Below, piece after piece: positions 1 to 12,917 of a DNA stretch of 64,000 bases. The stretch comes from Lama glama (taxonomy: Eukaryota), in the NCBI GenBank assembly GCA_028534125.1, contig CM052816.1, forward strand, positions 11,224,001 through 11,288,000, read 5' to 3'. Position 1 is the first letter of the stretch, and each line of letters begins with the position of its first letter. Under the pieces are notes generated by a model that did no database searches, had not been told where the DNA came from, and saw only the letters and a program-made list of their open reading frames with translations. The position numbers and the translations under genes are program-made.

Positions 1-1459
1 AAGTCACCTGTTCTCAGAAGGCTTGCGATGTTCAGTTAACCTAAGGTCGACGGCAGAACCAGGTAAGAGGCCAAATTGTAGATGATCCTGTAGAAAGGAG
101 ATCACTTTGGCAACAACATCAATATAGCATAAACAAAGATGATTTGTAACACATGCAGTAGCAGTATATAGCTTGTTTTTTTTTGATGTTGGTTGGCCCC
201 TCAGGTAGATATTTGAGACTAAAAATGATACAATATGGGCAGGTCTGCCTTGCAAGATAATGTTGGTCCACTTGTTTAAAGCAACCCCGACTCTCTCATC
301 TAAAATGATCCCACATGCTGAGATACATGCTCATGCCTGAAGTCCACTGGAACATAATTAGATGCAGACTAGATAGTATACTGGGGCTTGTGATTCAAAA
401 TTAATCCTTGGCTTTAGAATAATTTGCATTAAAATCAGTAAAAACATCACATAAAACCAGTTTAATGAGAGCTCCATTTTCGTAAAATGTTTGACTTATT
501 ACTGTTAAATGTAACTACGTTCAGAATTATGCTTGCCCCCTCAAAAGCCCCAGACTAATGTTTATTAGAAATCTATGTCAGATAAATCATCACCTATTCA
601 AAACACCAAACAATGGACTCAGCTTATTTGCCATTTACTCAATTCATAAAAAATGGATAAAACTTCTGTTTATTTGAAAAGTACGAAAATCAAATTTACT
701 CCCATTCTTTAGTATTTTCCTGTATAAGCTGAGATTTGAAGAATGAGTCTTCTTAGACAACACATAATCATCTGAAGGGGAATTGTGTAAGAAAAGCAGC
801 TTTTAAAACAAGAATATAGGAACCCAAGTGACATACTTCCTTTTTCCATCACCACCCAGTCCCTGGTGTGTAAGATCACTTCCATCTCTTGTTACCCCTC
901 ACAAATACCGATCACTATCAACTGCCTAAAGGTCATCTCTTCAAGGTGTTCTTTCCCCGCTCTATTGTGCTTAATGAAAATGCCCTTCCTATTGTTGGCT
1001 GGCATCTTGAATATCTTCAAAATAATAGTAAAATAACTTCTTTTTATAAAATTGTGCTTTTTTCCTGGGATACCAAGACCCATCCTTAAACCAAGAAATA
1101 TGGCTATCAAAGGTTACTCACAAGTAACACTTTAATACCCCTCTCTTTCATTTTCAAGAGCACCCTGGCAAAGGAGTTATTCTCTACTGAATATTTAATA
1201 GCCAGTGAACTTCGGTACCCAAATTCATAATGGGTGGCATTCTCTCATGTATGTGAACCCAACATAAAACACACATTCTTAACCATTACTCATTCATTCT
1301 CACAAGCAAGCATACATACACAGTTTCTTTCTTTCCAGAACAAGCCAGAATTACAGCTCTTTTGGTGATTGTTATCATTTTTGGAATGGTTCATAAATTT
1401 TCCAAATTCTTTTAAATTTGTTAATACTTTTTATCTTTTTTTCTTTTTCCAATTGTGAA

Positions 1460-3574
1460 CCATTCCATATTGCATCTTTATTGCAAAAGTCAACATGCTT
1501 CTTAGAAATTCAGATTGTAATCGATAAAACAAACATTACATATATGAATTTAAATGTATAAACAGTTAGAAATTCAACAATATCTCCTATTATACTATTA
1601 CACAAGTTCACAATTTTGTAAAAACTATAATACAGGCATACTATACATCAAGAGGAACCACTATTCCTTTTCACATGATTTTTTTCTTCTTTTTGAAATA
1701 ATGATCCATCACCATGGACCTTTTTTTTAACCCTAACAAGATGGTTTTCCAACTTACCCATCTTTGCTAGTGACAATGTTTTCCCAATGTTACGACATGA
1801 AGAAATTGAGGGAAATTCTGCATTCCCTGGGATTACCTTTTGAAGCTTGGGCAGAATCCACTACTAAACCATGCTGACCAAGCCAGACTGGTGTTACTGC
1901 TCAACGGTTACTTAGAAAGATGCCATACCCATTAAAACAAACAGAATTTGTCTCAGATAAAGATGCCAAAAAACAAGTCATGGGAGCTATGCACTTTTAA
2001 GAGAAATTCTAATGCTTAGGGATCTCAGTCCTAAGGGAAAAAAAGTATGTACGTTTCAACTATTTTATGCTAACCTTAACTTAAACTTTCTAATATTATA
2101 TTTAATGCATACTTTGAATTCATTTTTGAGAGTCAAACATGTTTTAGAACTCTTAGGAAGGATGTTTTTAAAGTATTTCAGTCTCACTTAAGGTGTACTG
2201 AAAACAAAGTTTTATATAAAGGGCCTCAATAAACTTACTGGAAAAAGTGTCTATCTATTGTTCACTATTAACACTCTTCTCATCCATCCCCTCTCCCCCA
2301 AGAACTAAAAAGTCAAACTAATCCTCAACTTTCTCTGTACTGTACTGAGAGTGTAATAAGATGTCAATTTTAGGTTAAAAAAATCATATGAAAAGGAATC
2401 TCATTCTGCTGAACTGTCAGTCTACTGAAAATTTTTTTTACAGCTCCATTAATTTACTGTAATTTTCAGTTTCCAAATACAAAAATACAACAATTCTTAT
2501 TGAAATCTATACGCTGGTAGTTTTAGTACACAAAAAAACCAAACAAATTATTTACAAAATTATACATTTTAAGAAAAAACTTTGTACAAAAAATATATAA
2601 ATCCTTTGTTCCCTCTATCACGTTTAAACTGTCAGGACTCAAAATATTCACCACAATGAATCTTTCAAAATATATACCAACTGAGCCACAGACATCAAGA
2701 AAATTTCATTAGAGATGATGGAGGAGGAAGGAGCAAGATTGCTTATTCTAGGTACCCCAATGTAATGTTTTCCTTCTTCTACGAGCTTATTTTAGCTTCA
2801 GTGTTATCAGAAATATAATAATAACCTAGAAAGAGTAAGTCCTTATTATTATGAAGGGAAAATTACATGAACTTAAAAATGACCCTGGTTTGACACATCA
2901 TTCCAGGAAAATGTGTAGAAGAGGAAAGATAATCAGAATGTGGGATTTAACTTCTTGAAGCTAAGTAAATCTAGAGTCCTGATGGTTTTAAGTTTCTTAG
3001 TGAACAGTTTCTATTTTGAGAAACAGTCTTTACCTCAGGAAACAAAATCCTTGATATAGTGATCACCAAGAACCTTCTGAAGCCAACAGGAAGTTTCAAA
3101 TTTTCACACCATGTGTATTATAAAAACATAGATGTGTATATCCTTTAAAAAGTGACGCCCTATGTACATTAATCATTTTATTTCCTCAGGGGTCAATACA
3201 GTGTAGTGTTGCTCCTCTGCTTTTCCATCTAACATTCAGAACACAAGGACATAAATTTACATATATATTTTACTTAACGGATACTCTACTCTATAGTGTA
3301 CAGTAAAAATGCACACAGTGAAGGGAACTGTCTACTGAAGGATGCATATGTTCATGGATAGCAACAAGCTACAAAATTATGAAAATATAAGGTCATCTGA
3401 TCAAAGTCAAGTTATGACTCCCATTTATTACTAGCATACTCAACCCCCTACCCCACCCCACCCCTAACCTACCCCCAGTCACCTCACCATCATGGTTTAA
3501 ATTTAAGAAAGGAATTTCAGACATTTTTTAACCCTTTTGCTTAACTAATAACTAAACTAAAGCTTTAAAAAAGT

Positions 3575-3608
<34 letters not shown>

Positions 3609-4577
3609 GAAAAAGCTGGTGACTCTCTCTCCCCAAAAATCTTTCCATTATTCTCATCAAAACATCACTTATTCATCAAGGTGCTGGTTTAAACTTTTTA
3701 CTGGGGACTGACTTTTGGTGGCCCCAAAGAATCACTTATCTCAATAATGGGTAAGTCAGGTCTATTACTAAGAAGGCAGGAGAAAGAAAATGGGGACAAG
3801 AAAGGGGCAACAGGTGATAGCCTTTTATATTCCAAGAATGTTGTTTTAAAAAAAGGACCAACTGAACCAATGCTCAATAATTTCAAAGCAAACTAAAAAT
3901 TAGTAGCAGGAGAAGTCCAGGAGAGATAATATGATGACAGAATGGAAATACCACAGAGCTGGCTACCACTGCCTTATAGCATTTAAGAACACAGTTATGA
4001 TTTACACTAACATAGTACTTCGTGCTACACATTAAAACCCCCTCCAAAATTTAGACTGAATACAAATTGGGCTCCTCAATAAAAAATTAAAATAAATTTA
4101 CGTTTCTTCCAAGACAACTCTTGAAAGCAAAAGGGTATTTTAATTACAAACACCTCCTACTGTCTGACGACCCATCCATACATAGCTGAGAGTTAAGAGA
4201 TTCCAGGCAATTTTGACATTTAATGAAATTTTATCAGCAGATTGTAATCCAAAATAAAATTTCTGAACACCCTGTCATTTACATCATAATCCAACACCAA
4301 TAGCAACAAAAACAGGTGGTGTGGAAAGTAAGGCTCTAGAGATTATCGTGTCATTCCCGTGGATCTTCACACTGTGTAAAAGTCACTAGGCCTTTGGTGC
4401 TTTAACATCATGTACAGTTATGAGATGTATTTAAATAGCAAACTTGCTGTTCTTAAACCTACTGTGTTGAAAAGAAAAATAAAAAAAATTTTTTTGGCTC
4501 ATTGACTTCTTTAAATAATTTTAAAAAGTTGTTCTTCTAAACAATATTCCTAAAAATTATACAGCTTGCATCAGATT
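1460..4577 (-). other. RBM27: RBM27 3'UTR (~3.1 kb)
   Basis: AU-rich stretch after the stop with no recognisable TE, containing UGUA motifs, running to an AATAAA at 1477-1482; end position is inferred. Confidence 0.65.
1477..1482 (-). terminator. Likely distal polyadenylation signal AATAAA
   Basis: tttatt on + strand with UGUA elements upstream on the sense strand; other AATAAA copies at 3424-3429, 3177-3182, 669-674 and 561-566. Confidence 0.55.
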
Positions 4578-4661
4578 TCATCTTCGCCACGAACGAGACT
4601 CATACTCATCTTCATCTTCGTCGTCATCATCATGCAAAAACAAGTCTGAGGTTTCTGTTTC
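4578..4661 (-). CDS. RBM27: RBM27 exon 21 coding part (84 nt incl. TGA), acidic tail
   Basis: ETETSDLFLHDDDDEDEDEYESRSWRR*; acceptor ttctctttccccag. Confidence 0.96.
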   Translation of the reverse strand, partial: ETETSDLFLHDDDDEDEDEYESRSWRR

Positions 4662-5564
4662 CTGGGGAAAGAGAAGGTACAATCTGCTCAGTGGTACAAG
4701 AAAGTTAAGTGAAATACTTTTTAGGCCAAAGGACAAACGGACTAGTATACAGAGCCCAGGCTGGACACACCAGTGATGCACTCAGAGTATCCTTCACGGC
4801 AAGAAAAACCCAGAACATTTAAAAAAAATGTATACATATTCTTCTCCCCTCCTAACTTTGCTAGTTTTAATAAGAGATTTTCATTCTAGTATCATCAGGA
4901 AAACAAATAATATAAGAATGGTATCTATAAAATATGTTTTTTATAAAATTAATTTTATTATATTATCTTAAAAATGAGGAAAATGACCATTTGAACTTCT
5001 AAATTTTTCCTCTAATATCCGACTATCTGTGAGGAATTATGACATAACTTCCCCGTGACAGTGACATTCCAAATCTTACATAAAAATCTAAAATCTTATA
5101 CAAAGTAGAGGTACCCACAAACACTGTCAAAATACAAGATTTTTCTCTTCTCTTTTTCCTTCCTTCCCTTCTTTCTCTCTTTCTTTCTTTGTAACATGGG
5201 AAATGTTTCAGCTTGTTACGTAAAATTACCCATGTCGTCAGAAGACTCTTGATCAGCCATAAATGCTATATATCTTTTAAAACCAAAATAATGATGAATG
5301 AGGAGTAACTTTGCAATGGCACATGTCTATTTTAATAAAAATAGAAAATAAAAAAGAACAACAGTCTCTCCTACACCAGAAAATACCCCCCGAAAGCTTT
5401 TTTCATTTCTGCACCTGTTCAGATTCTTTAATAAACTTCTAGCCTAGTCTTAATTAATACATGAAAGAATTCAGTATTTTAAAATTTACAGTATTTACTG
5501 TTAAGAAAAATATACAATTTGGAAACAATCTAATTCAACTTTTATTTTCAATCATTAAATTTAC

Positions 5565-5675
5565 CTCCTCCTTGACTTCTTCCTCTTCAGTCTCAGTGGA
5601 TACAGAAGGCACCTTGGCCTTGTGCCACGATATTTGTAGTCGACGGTCTTTGAATTTTGACCCTTGGTTTGCAGG
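5565..5675 (-). CDS. RBM27: RBM27 exon 20 (111 nt)
   Basis: PANQGSKFKDRRLQISWHKAKVPSVSTETEEEEVKEE; tttag|CCT and GAG|GTAAAT. Confidence 0.94.
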
Positions 5676-5818
5676 CTAAAACAGATTTTAGAAGAATACA
5701 AAAGTTTGTACTCACATTTACTAATGATTTCTTCAAATTATGTGCTATTTTAAAAAATCTGTTAAAATGGATCTACAGTCTCCAATGAGAGCTAGAAAAG
5801 ATGAAGTTCTTTTTAATT

Positions 5819-5925
5819 AGAGGACCACATGTTCTGGTTTTCCCAGGACAATACATGACTTATGCTGCTGTCATGTAAATCTGAGTATGTATCTTGGCTT
5901 GGATGATAAATTATACAGTCACTCT
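5819..5925. mobile_element. hAT-Blackjack relic (MER94/MER81-like)
   Basis: gaccacatgttctggttttcccaggaca...ggatgataaattatacagtcactct. Confidence 0.5.
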
Positions 5926-6771
5926 ACTTAGAAAAGTCGTGATGAGGACAATAAAAACTGTATTAATATAATTATCAGCCTTTGGCTTTGATAATCTACA
6001 TATTTAGAGTGAAACCATACAAATATAAGTAACTTAAAAATTGTCTATTCATCTTATGACATCTCTTACAGCCCCGTCTATATATGATAAAGCTATTCCC
6101 ACTTTCTTTTCTGAAATGCTATACAACAGTGACAAATACTCTGTGGCTCATTGACACATTCAACAAATGTTATACACCTTCTATCCTAACTCAGGGTACA
6201 ACCGCTCAGCTCCAAAATGCGTTTGTTGTTACTACCATCTGAATTTTTTTTTCCCTCCCCAGTAAATTCTAATAAGAGAAAGCAAAAGTTTAATTTTAAG
6301 GACAAACTAACAAAGACAAAAAGTACAGAGACCCGAAGTTTCATGAAAGTGAAAACTTAAATACCCCTGCAGCTTTCTTATTAACAATGCTAGAGAGTAG
6401 AATACCCCCGATTCTTGGTTCAGTCCTAAAATATGTTAATAGAAGGGGTTCTTTTAAATTTTGAGTTTCACTCTAGTTTTTCTAGGGAAAATGTTAATAA
6501 ACCTCATAAAGCATTTGCCAAATAATTCCATAGAAAACTCAGATCACTGCAGGGCAAGAGTGTACATTAGGCCAAGCCCCACAACCAGTCAATCACTCTC
6601 TGCACTGATACCAGCCTGTGAGGTAAAGAAAAATTCCTATCATCCCTTGTAAGGGTTAAATGTTTATAACCTGATATCAAACATTCTGACTCATGGAACA
6701 TACTAAACTGACATTATTTCACATTTCTGAACTTAAGTGTTTAATATATAAAGTAATACAGCAACATATAT

Positions 6772-7026
6772 CAGGGATCTGAAAACTACAACCTTCAGGC
6801 CAAATGTGGCCCAGCATCTTGTTTTCGATGGCCTGTGAGCTAAGAATGGTTCTTAAACAATTATTAAAAGAAAAATAAAGGAAAAAGAAGAAGCAAGAGA
6901 GAGGAAGGGGCAGGTGAAGGGACTGGAGAAAAAGGAAAAGGAGAAAATGTGACAGAGACTGTACGTTGTCTGCAAAAACCTAACACATCTACTATCTGGT
7001 CCTTTACTAGAAAGTCTTCTGACTTG
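6772..7026. mobile_element. hAT-Charlie MITE (MER58A-like)
   Basis: aaactac...ggccaaatgtggcc...ctgtgagctaagaatggtt...tactatctggtcctttac. Confidence 0.7.
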
Positions 7027-7126
7027 TCACATATACTATTAAAATATTTATATATTATCTGTTTTATGCTGTTATATGTAACTTGCATTGTATATAAATA
7101 TTCTCTGTTATTTTAAATTTGTGTAC

Positions 7127-7285
7127 ATAGTTAACCTTTGAACAACACAGGGATTAGGAGTTCTGACCCTCCACACAGTTGAAAATCTGTGTAATAACTT
7201 ACAACAGGCCTTATTATTGAAAAACAAAAATCTGTGTATAAGTGGACCAGCATAGACCAAAGCCATGCTGCTCAAAGGTCAATTA
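7127..7285. mobile_element. Tigger2-type MITE with terminal inverted repeats
   Basis: Left end tagttaacctttgaacaacac; right end catgctgctcaaaggtcaatta (inverted match). Confidence 0.7.
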
Positions 7286-8959
7286 TTTTAAAATTTACTC
7301 ATATTTTTAATGTAAGTACCTAGGACCTAAAAGCCCAAGATTAACACATAACCTCAAATTTGGTTTTAAAATATACAGTATAAAAATGCTGATGCTTCAC
7401 CCTATAAATGAATGTGAAGTTAAAAAGTTGGATTTAATAAATAACATATTCATCTGAAAAGCATGGAAAACAGAAGAGTTTAGAAGGAAAAAAACATTAA
7501 AAACTAACTTGAATTCTCCCACCCAGAGCTAACAATTTAAAGCACTTTCAGTGTTTATGTGTAGTCCTGTATTCCATCTTTTCTTAACCTAAAAGATAAT
7601 CCTGAGAATTTTCTCATGTCATTCTTTAAAAACATGTTTTGAATAGTAACAAAGTACTGCTAAGTATTTAAAAAGATAGTTCCCATTTTCACCATTATAA
7701 AGAGTGCTACACTGAGCACACTGGAAGCAATCGTTAGCATAATTCCCTTATGATAAATTCTTAGAAGTGGATTACTGGATGAATAGAAGAATAATCTGAA
7801 GGACTCCACAATTAGGTCCTCCCATTTCAGAAGAGCTTCACTAAAATCCATCCATCATCTTTTCATCCAGTTTGATCCATGATCCTTTTGCAATCATCAA
7901 ACACAGTAAAACAATATGGAAAATACACATTTTACTTAGGCCTTTGAGAGATAGACAAGATCTTGAAGAAGAGTTACCCTTCATGTCTGCTAAATCTATT
8001 TACAATAATGTCCAAGCTATGTATTTCTGTATTTCTTTCAAAGGTGGCATACTATACCGCCCAAGGATCTGCTACCAGGGTAAGTGTGTTTCTAGCACTC
8101 AGGACTGTCTGATAGCACCCCATCAAAAGAACAAACAAACTACAAAGCACCATCAAAACCAATGGTAGTGTCTCATTCTTGAAGTTGCTTCACCTGCATT
8201 CCCCAAATGCCTGGACACACCCCTTTCTGCAAACTGAATGCCATGTTTCAGATTGAATAAATGTATGCACATAAAAATTGGTTATTATTAGATGCTCTAG
8301 AATGATTCTACTTGTGAGAAGGCAAGATAGCCATGTGAGCATGACTTCTGAGCTAAACTTACACATTTACATAGAATCTCTAGTAACCTTCAGGATAGAG
8401 CATGCAGTTTCCTGGCAAGATTACCTACTTGTTATAACTAAAACTTTCCGTAGAATCAAATTGATGGAATTTCTGCTTTAAATTATCCAATGTCACCTCA
8501 TCATAGGTGGCAGTGGGTGTAAAAGCCCAACTATCTGGCAAGGAGATTTGAATGTTACATACTCAACACTGAAAGACAAAAATCAACATTCACCCAGCCT
8601 CCACAAGAACACCCTGCACATGTGCAGTGCTCTTCCAGATACTATCTTCTTCACTCCTCAAAGAAGTCTTTTAAAGACAATCTCCCATTTCACACACACA
8701 AAAAAGAAAATAAGAAGCAGAGCAGTGAAAGAAATGGCTCAAGAACAACAGGCTGCAGCCCAGATGGCTCTCCAATCTGGACATTTTGTAACAACCCACC
8801 ATTCACCAGTGACCAAGACTAATGGGCATCATCAAACGAATAAGAAATTATGGAATGAAGTACTGCTCTTTAAGATTTCCCTCACCATCTTTAACACTTA
8901 ATGAAGCTGAAAATGTTTTCTCTTAAAAAAGTTGCTTAAAAAAAAAAGTAGTTTAAGGA

Positions 8960-9180
8960 ACAGGGATCCTGGATATTAACATCCAACTGTGTATTTTTAC
9001 CTTGCTTCTGCAACTTATTAACTGTATGATCTTGGTTGATTTAAGCTTTAGTTTTCCCATCTGTAAGTACGAGATTTTACATGCACTTTAAACAGTTATT
9101 TAAGATTACATGACATCATGTATAAAAATGCTCTAGCACAAATAACAGTCAGAAAATATTTACTAAATGAACTAATGAAT
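8960..9180 (+). mobile_element. MIR SINE
   Basis: acttattaactgtatgatcttgg...agttttcccatctgtaa core. Confidence 0.55.
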
Positions 9181-9624
9181 GGTTGGAAAGAGGATATACT
9201 CTTTATGCACAAAATAATAAAGACATACATGTGGCAAACATCTACTTGCATGTTTGTCTAATAGTAAGTGGCTGCCACTGTAGATAGAATATAACTAAAA
9301 ATTACTCTTATCCTGTCAAACTTATTCCTTTGGATTTTGCCTCCATCCCAGGTATTTTCACTTTTTGACTATAAATACCTGACCCTAAAACAAAAACCAA
9401 ATACAATTTTGGAATAACTTGTCATTTCAAATGCATTTATGTAAAGTAGTATAAAATACAGCATGAGCTGCTGCCTGACAGTCAAATATATCAATAAGGA
9501 TTTGCTAATACCTATGATTTTACAACTTAATTTTCTAACCTACAAAATATTTGACATTTACACAGAATGCAGCAAAGAAATGCCGAATACAGTGTTTTTA
9601 GAGTTTGCCACTTTAAAAACTTAC

Positions 9625-9816
9625 TGAAAAATGCTGAAGTAATTCATCTTTTTCCTCCTCAATGAATCCCCCAACTGTTAGTGCTTTTGGGCGGTGGTCC
9701 ACAACCATATGATTTAGTGAACCCCTTCCTCTCCCTCCACGGCCTCGGCCTCTTCCTCGACCTTGAGAGGACATGGTCTTTCCTCGACCCACAGGTAAAA
9801 TACCTAATCGTGCAGC
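9625..9816 (-). CDS. RBM27: RBM27 exon 19 (192 nt), RG/RGG box plus start of RRM2-like segment
   Basis: AARLGILPVGRGKTMSSQGRGRGRGRGGRGRGSLNHMVVDHRPKALTVGGFIEEEKDELLQHFS. Confidence 0.96.
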
Positions 9817-9937
9817 CTGAGTAACAACAAAAGGCACAATATAATATACATTGTCAGATTAAACCTTGTAAAATAGACGAAAAGAAAACCATTTTTTCAG
9901 ATGTTAAATGTAGTGGGTAACTCCTCTTAAATCTCAC

Positions 9938-10042
9938 CTCAACCTGTAACTGATTGAGTTTTTTCCGTAACTCTGTTGTGTCCTCTCCTGAAGATAGCCT
10001 CTTGTGAAGGTCCAGTTCTGTATCTAATAGCTCTTTTTGAGC
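9938..10042 (-). CDS. RBM27: RBM27 exon 18 (105 nt)
   Basis: AQKELLDTELDLHKRLSSGEDTTELRKKLNQLQVE; AAG acceptor, GAG|GTGAGA donor. Confidence 0.95.
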
Positions 10043-11080
10043 CTTTGGAAAAATTAAGAGTAAAAATTAAGAATTAAGAGTATTTTTTAGGCGAGTTACA
10101 AAATTTTGTTCAGAATATTACACTTACAGAATGACACATATCTCTTTTGGGAAAATCTGAGAGTATGCAATAAACATGGGTGTCTTAAGGAAAGTAACTT
10201 TACAGATACAGTACTGCAAATGTTTAGAGAGTATATTGGTATCGTAACAGTAAGTATTACTGCTTAAGATGGCCCAAAAAACAGACCTTGGAAACACTCA
10301 TCTAAGATGAGGGAGCTGAGAATCATTTTAAATATAGCATCATAAATGAAGCATAATGGGGCAAAATAATTATATAGTAAAAATTCATTAATAGTACAAA
10401 CATAAGTTACATAAATGCTTTCAGATTTGAACCCAACTATTTATTAACCACTCTTTTTTTTTTGGTTAAGAAAGAAATTATCAGCCCTTAGGTTGTGAGA
10501 GGTTTTTCTTTCCCTCATATTTTCTTAATTTTTGTCTACAATTAAATGTTCTTTGTATAATTGGGAAAAATTTCAATTAAAAAATTTTTATTATATTTTT
10601 TAAAAAGCGATTTTAATGAAACACTTTAGATTCTTTTACTAACAGAGAACCACAATTTTAAATGTAATATAATACTATACATAAAAATTTGCATTCTATA
10701 TAATAGCTGACAAATTTATTCCCAGTTCTTAAAGGGCTATGAATTTATCTAAAATCCCACTACAGAGTTGTAGAAAAATGATAGAACCACTGTGTAAAAG
10801 CAAGTATTCTTCTAGAGTAAGGAAACAAGTAGAAATTAACAAAATTAGACTTAAATGGATCTAGAACTTCTGATAATCTTCTTAATAGAATGCCATATTT
10901 TTACCCATACTACAGCCAATGATATCTTTTGAATATTAAAAGGAGTGATTTTATTACAACATTACTATAGATTTAGAAAAAAACTGCCAGAATAGGAAAT
11001 GTCTCTTTCCTCTCCATCACACGCCAGCAGTTTCTTCAGCATAGAGAACAAAAAAATTCAATTAAAAAACACATCTTTGT

Positions 11081-11258
11081 ACTAATTACTATATATAAAA
11101 CAAACAAGTTTCCTCTGTATAGCACAGGGAACTATGTTCAATATCTTGTAGTAACCTGTAGTGAAAAAGAATATGGAAACAAATACATGTATGTGTATGT
11201 ATGACTGAAGCATCATGCTGTACACTAGAAATTGATGCAACATTGCAAACTGACTATA
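11081..11258 (+). mobile_element. 5'-truncated artiodactyl-type L1 3' end with target-site duplication
   Basis: ctgtatagcacagggaactat...gctgtacactagaaattga motif; flanked by caattaaaaaac(ac/a)atctttgt at 11059-11080 and 11259-11279. Confidence 0.8.
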
Positions 11259-11496
11259 CAATTAAAAAACAATCTTTGTTCAAAAAGGGTATTATCCCTT
11301 CTTTCAAGGGGAGTACATAGCATCTACAGAAATATTTTAAAAAATTATTACTTAACAATTGTCTCACATTAGACTATTAGTTACCTAAGGGTACCACTGT
11401 GCTGTTCTTTTTTTTTTCCCCACTGCACTTTCAAAGTGCCAAGTATGTAACAGATGTTCAATAACCCTATGTTGAATGAAAAATGCAAACAGATAC

Positions 11497-11661
11497 CTCT
11501 GTTTTTGTCTTTACTTTAGATGGTGCAGAGACTGCAGAAGATGTTTTTAATTCATCTTTCAATTGTGAAATCTTTTCTCCAAGCTCTTTCAAAGTCTTCA
11601 TTATATTTGCTCTCTCTTCTGGTTTCATGTTTTTGTTTTTTTCCAGCTTAGATATTAACAT
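11497..11661 (-). CDS. RBM27: RBM27 exon 17 (165 nt), coiled coil
   Basis: MLISKLEKNKNMKPEERANIMKTLKELGEKISQLKDELKTSSAVSAPSKVKTKTE. Confidence 0.96.
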
Positions 11662-11797
11662 CTATAAAATAAACAAAAAAATAAAATTATGTTGAGTAAA
11701 CTTTAATATAAATAACCTTTAAAACTTTACTGGGGGTATCTTTGTAAAATCCATTCCATATATCAATTCCAGAAAGCAAATAATGAGTGTTTCTTAC

Positions 11798-11872
11798 CTT
11801 TTGGCATTCTATTTGTTTCTCTAACATTTCTTGCCTCTTTTTCCTCATATCTTGTTGTAGCTTCATTGCTTC
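11798..11872 (-). CDS. RBM27: RBM27 exon 16 (75 nt), coiled coil
   Basis: EAMKLQQDMRKKRQEMLEKQIECQK; donor AAG|GTAAGA. Confidence 0.95.
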
Positions 11873-12797
11873 CTGTAAGAACAGTAAAGAAAAAACTAGT
11901 AATGAATAACTAAATTTGCCAATGATACATAAGGCTACTATATTCTCAAATCATTTCTTCTGAGTCATAGCCTACATGAGGCAGATTTTCCTCCTAATCA
12001 GAAAACAGCTGAAGCCAGAGATGAAACCTTTGAACACATTTTCCCCAAAACTTCCAGTATAAAAGAACTTCTAATATAACTGTACTTCAAAAAAATATTT
12101 AAAATACTGAACATTAATTAGCTATATTCTGAGGTTTATTCACTTGAATGACTGGAATGTATTTATACAGAAAAACAAGAGCTGTTTTCATTTCCAAATG
12201 TAATAAGCCAAATCCTTATTTTTGCAGTTTAAAGGCTAAAAATGTGAGATGCAGCTGAAACTTAGAAATGATAGCAAAATCTATGGATTTTTGCCTGGAA
12301 AATGCTGCCTCTAGACCCTCTTTTAATTAAATCTCCAATTATACTGAGATAATAAATATAAATAAATCTTTTTGAAAAACTCTGTGAATTTAAATCTAAG
12401 ATGATAAGGAAACTCAGAATCGAATCCTATGAATAATAACTAGATAACCGTTATACTTCACGTAAAGCATTATCTAATTTACAAAGCCAGAAAGGAATTA
12501 AAAGAGAAAACAATGAAATAAAAGTGTCTGTTTCTTGCCTTTAGAGGGAAAAAAAAAAAAAAAGGACAGCTCAGTGTTTACTTTGATATAGAAAAAATTC
12601 TTTCCTTGTGCTTGACATAGCCACTGAAAGGTATTTTTTGTTTGTTCATCTTTCTTTCAAGTGTAAATGCATCAAGCAGTAGCCAAATAAATGTTATAAT
12701 TTAATTCCATAACAACATGAACTGTTCAAAGGTGTTAATCACTTAAGAATTCAATAGGTCCCTTCTTCCTTAAGGAAAGAATAATCAAGGCTGTTAC

Positions 12798-12917
12798 CTG
12801 CTTCTTTTTAAGAACTTCTTGGACATCATGAGATTTTGACCCTGAACAAAGTTTGGAAGGTGTCTTTAAGCTTGAGGAGCTGTAAACCATTTTTGGATGG
12901 CCTGGAGTTGAAAATAT
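12798..12917 (-). CDS. RBM27: RBM27 exon 15 (120 nt)
   Basis: IFSTPGHPKMVYSSSSLKTPSKLCSGSKSHDVQEVLKKKQ. Confidence 0.95.

Noticed and set aside
8535..8582. SVEYVTFKSP-like reading after an acceptor-like ttttgtctttcag as the fossil RRM2 exon
   Set aside because: Only a 3-4 residue resemblance (TFKS) and the position relative to the acceptor does not fit the expected exon
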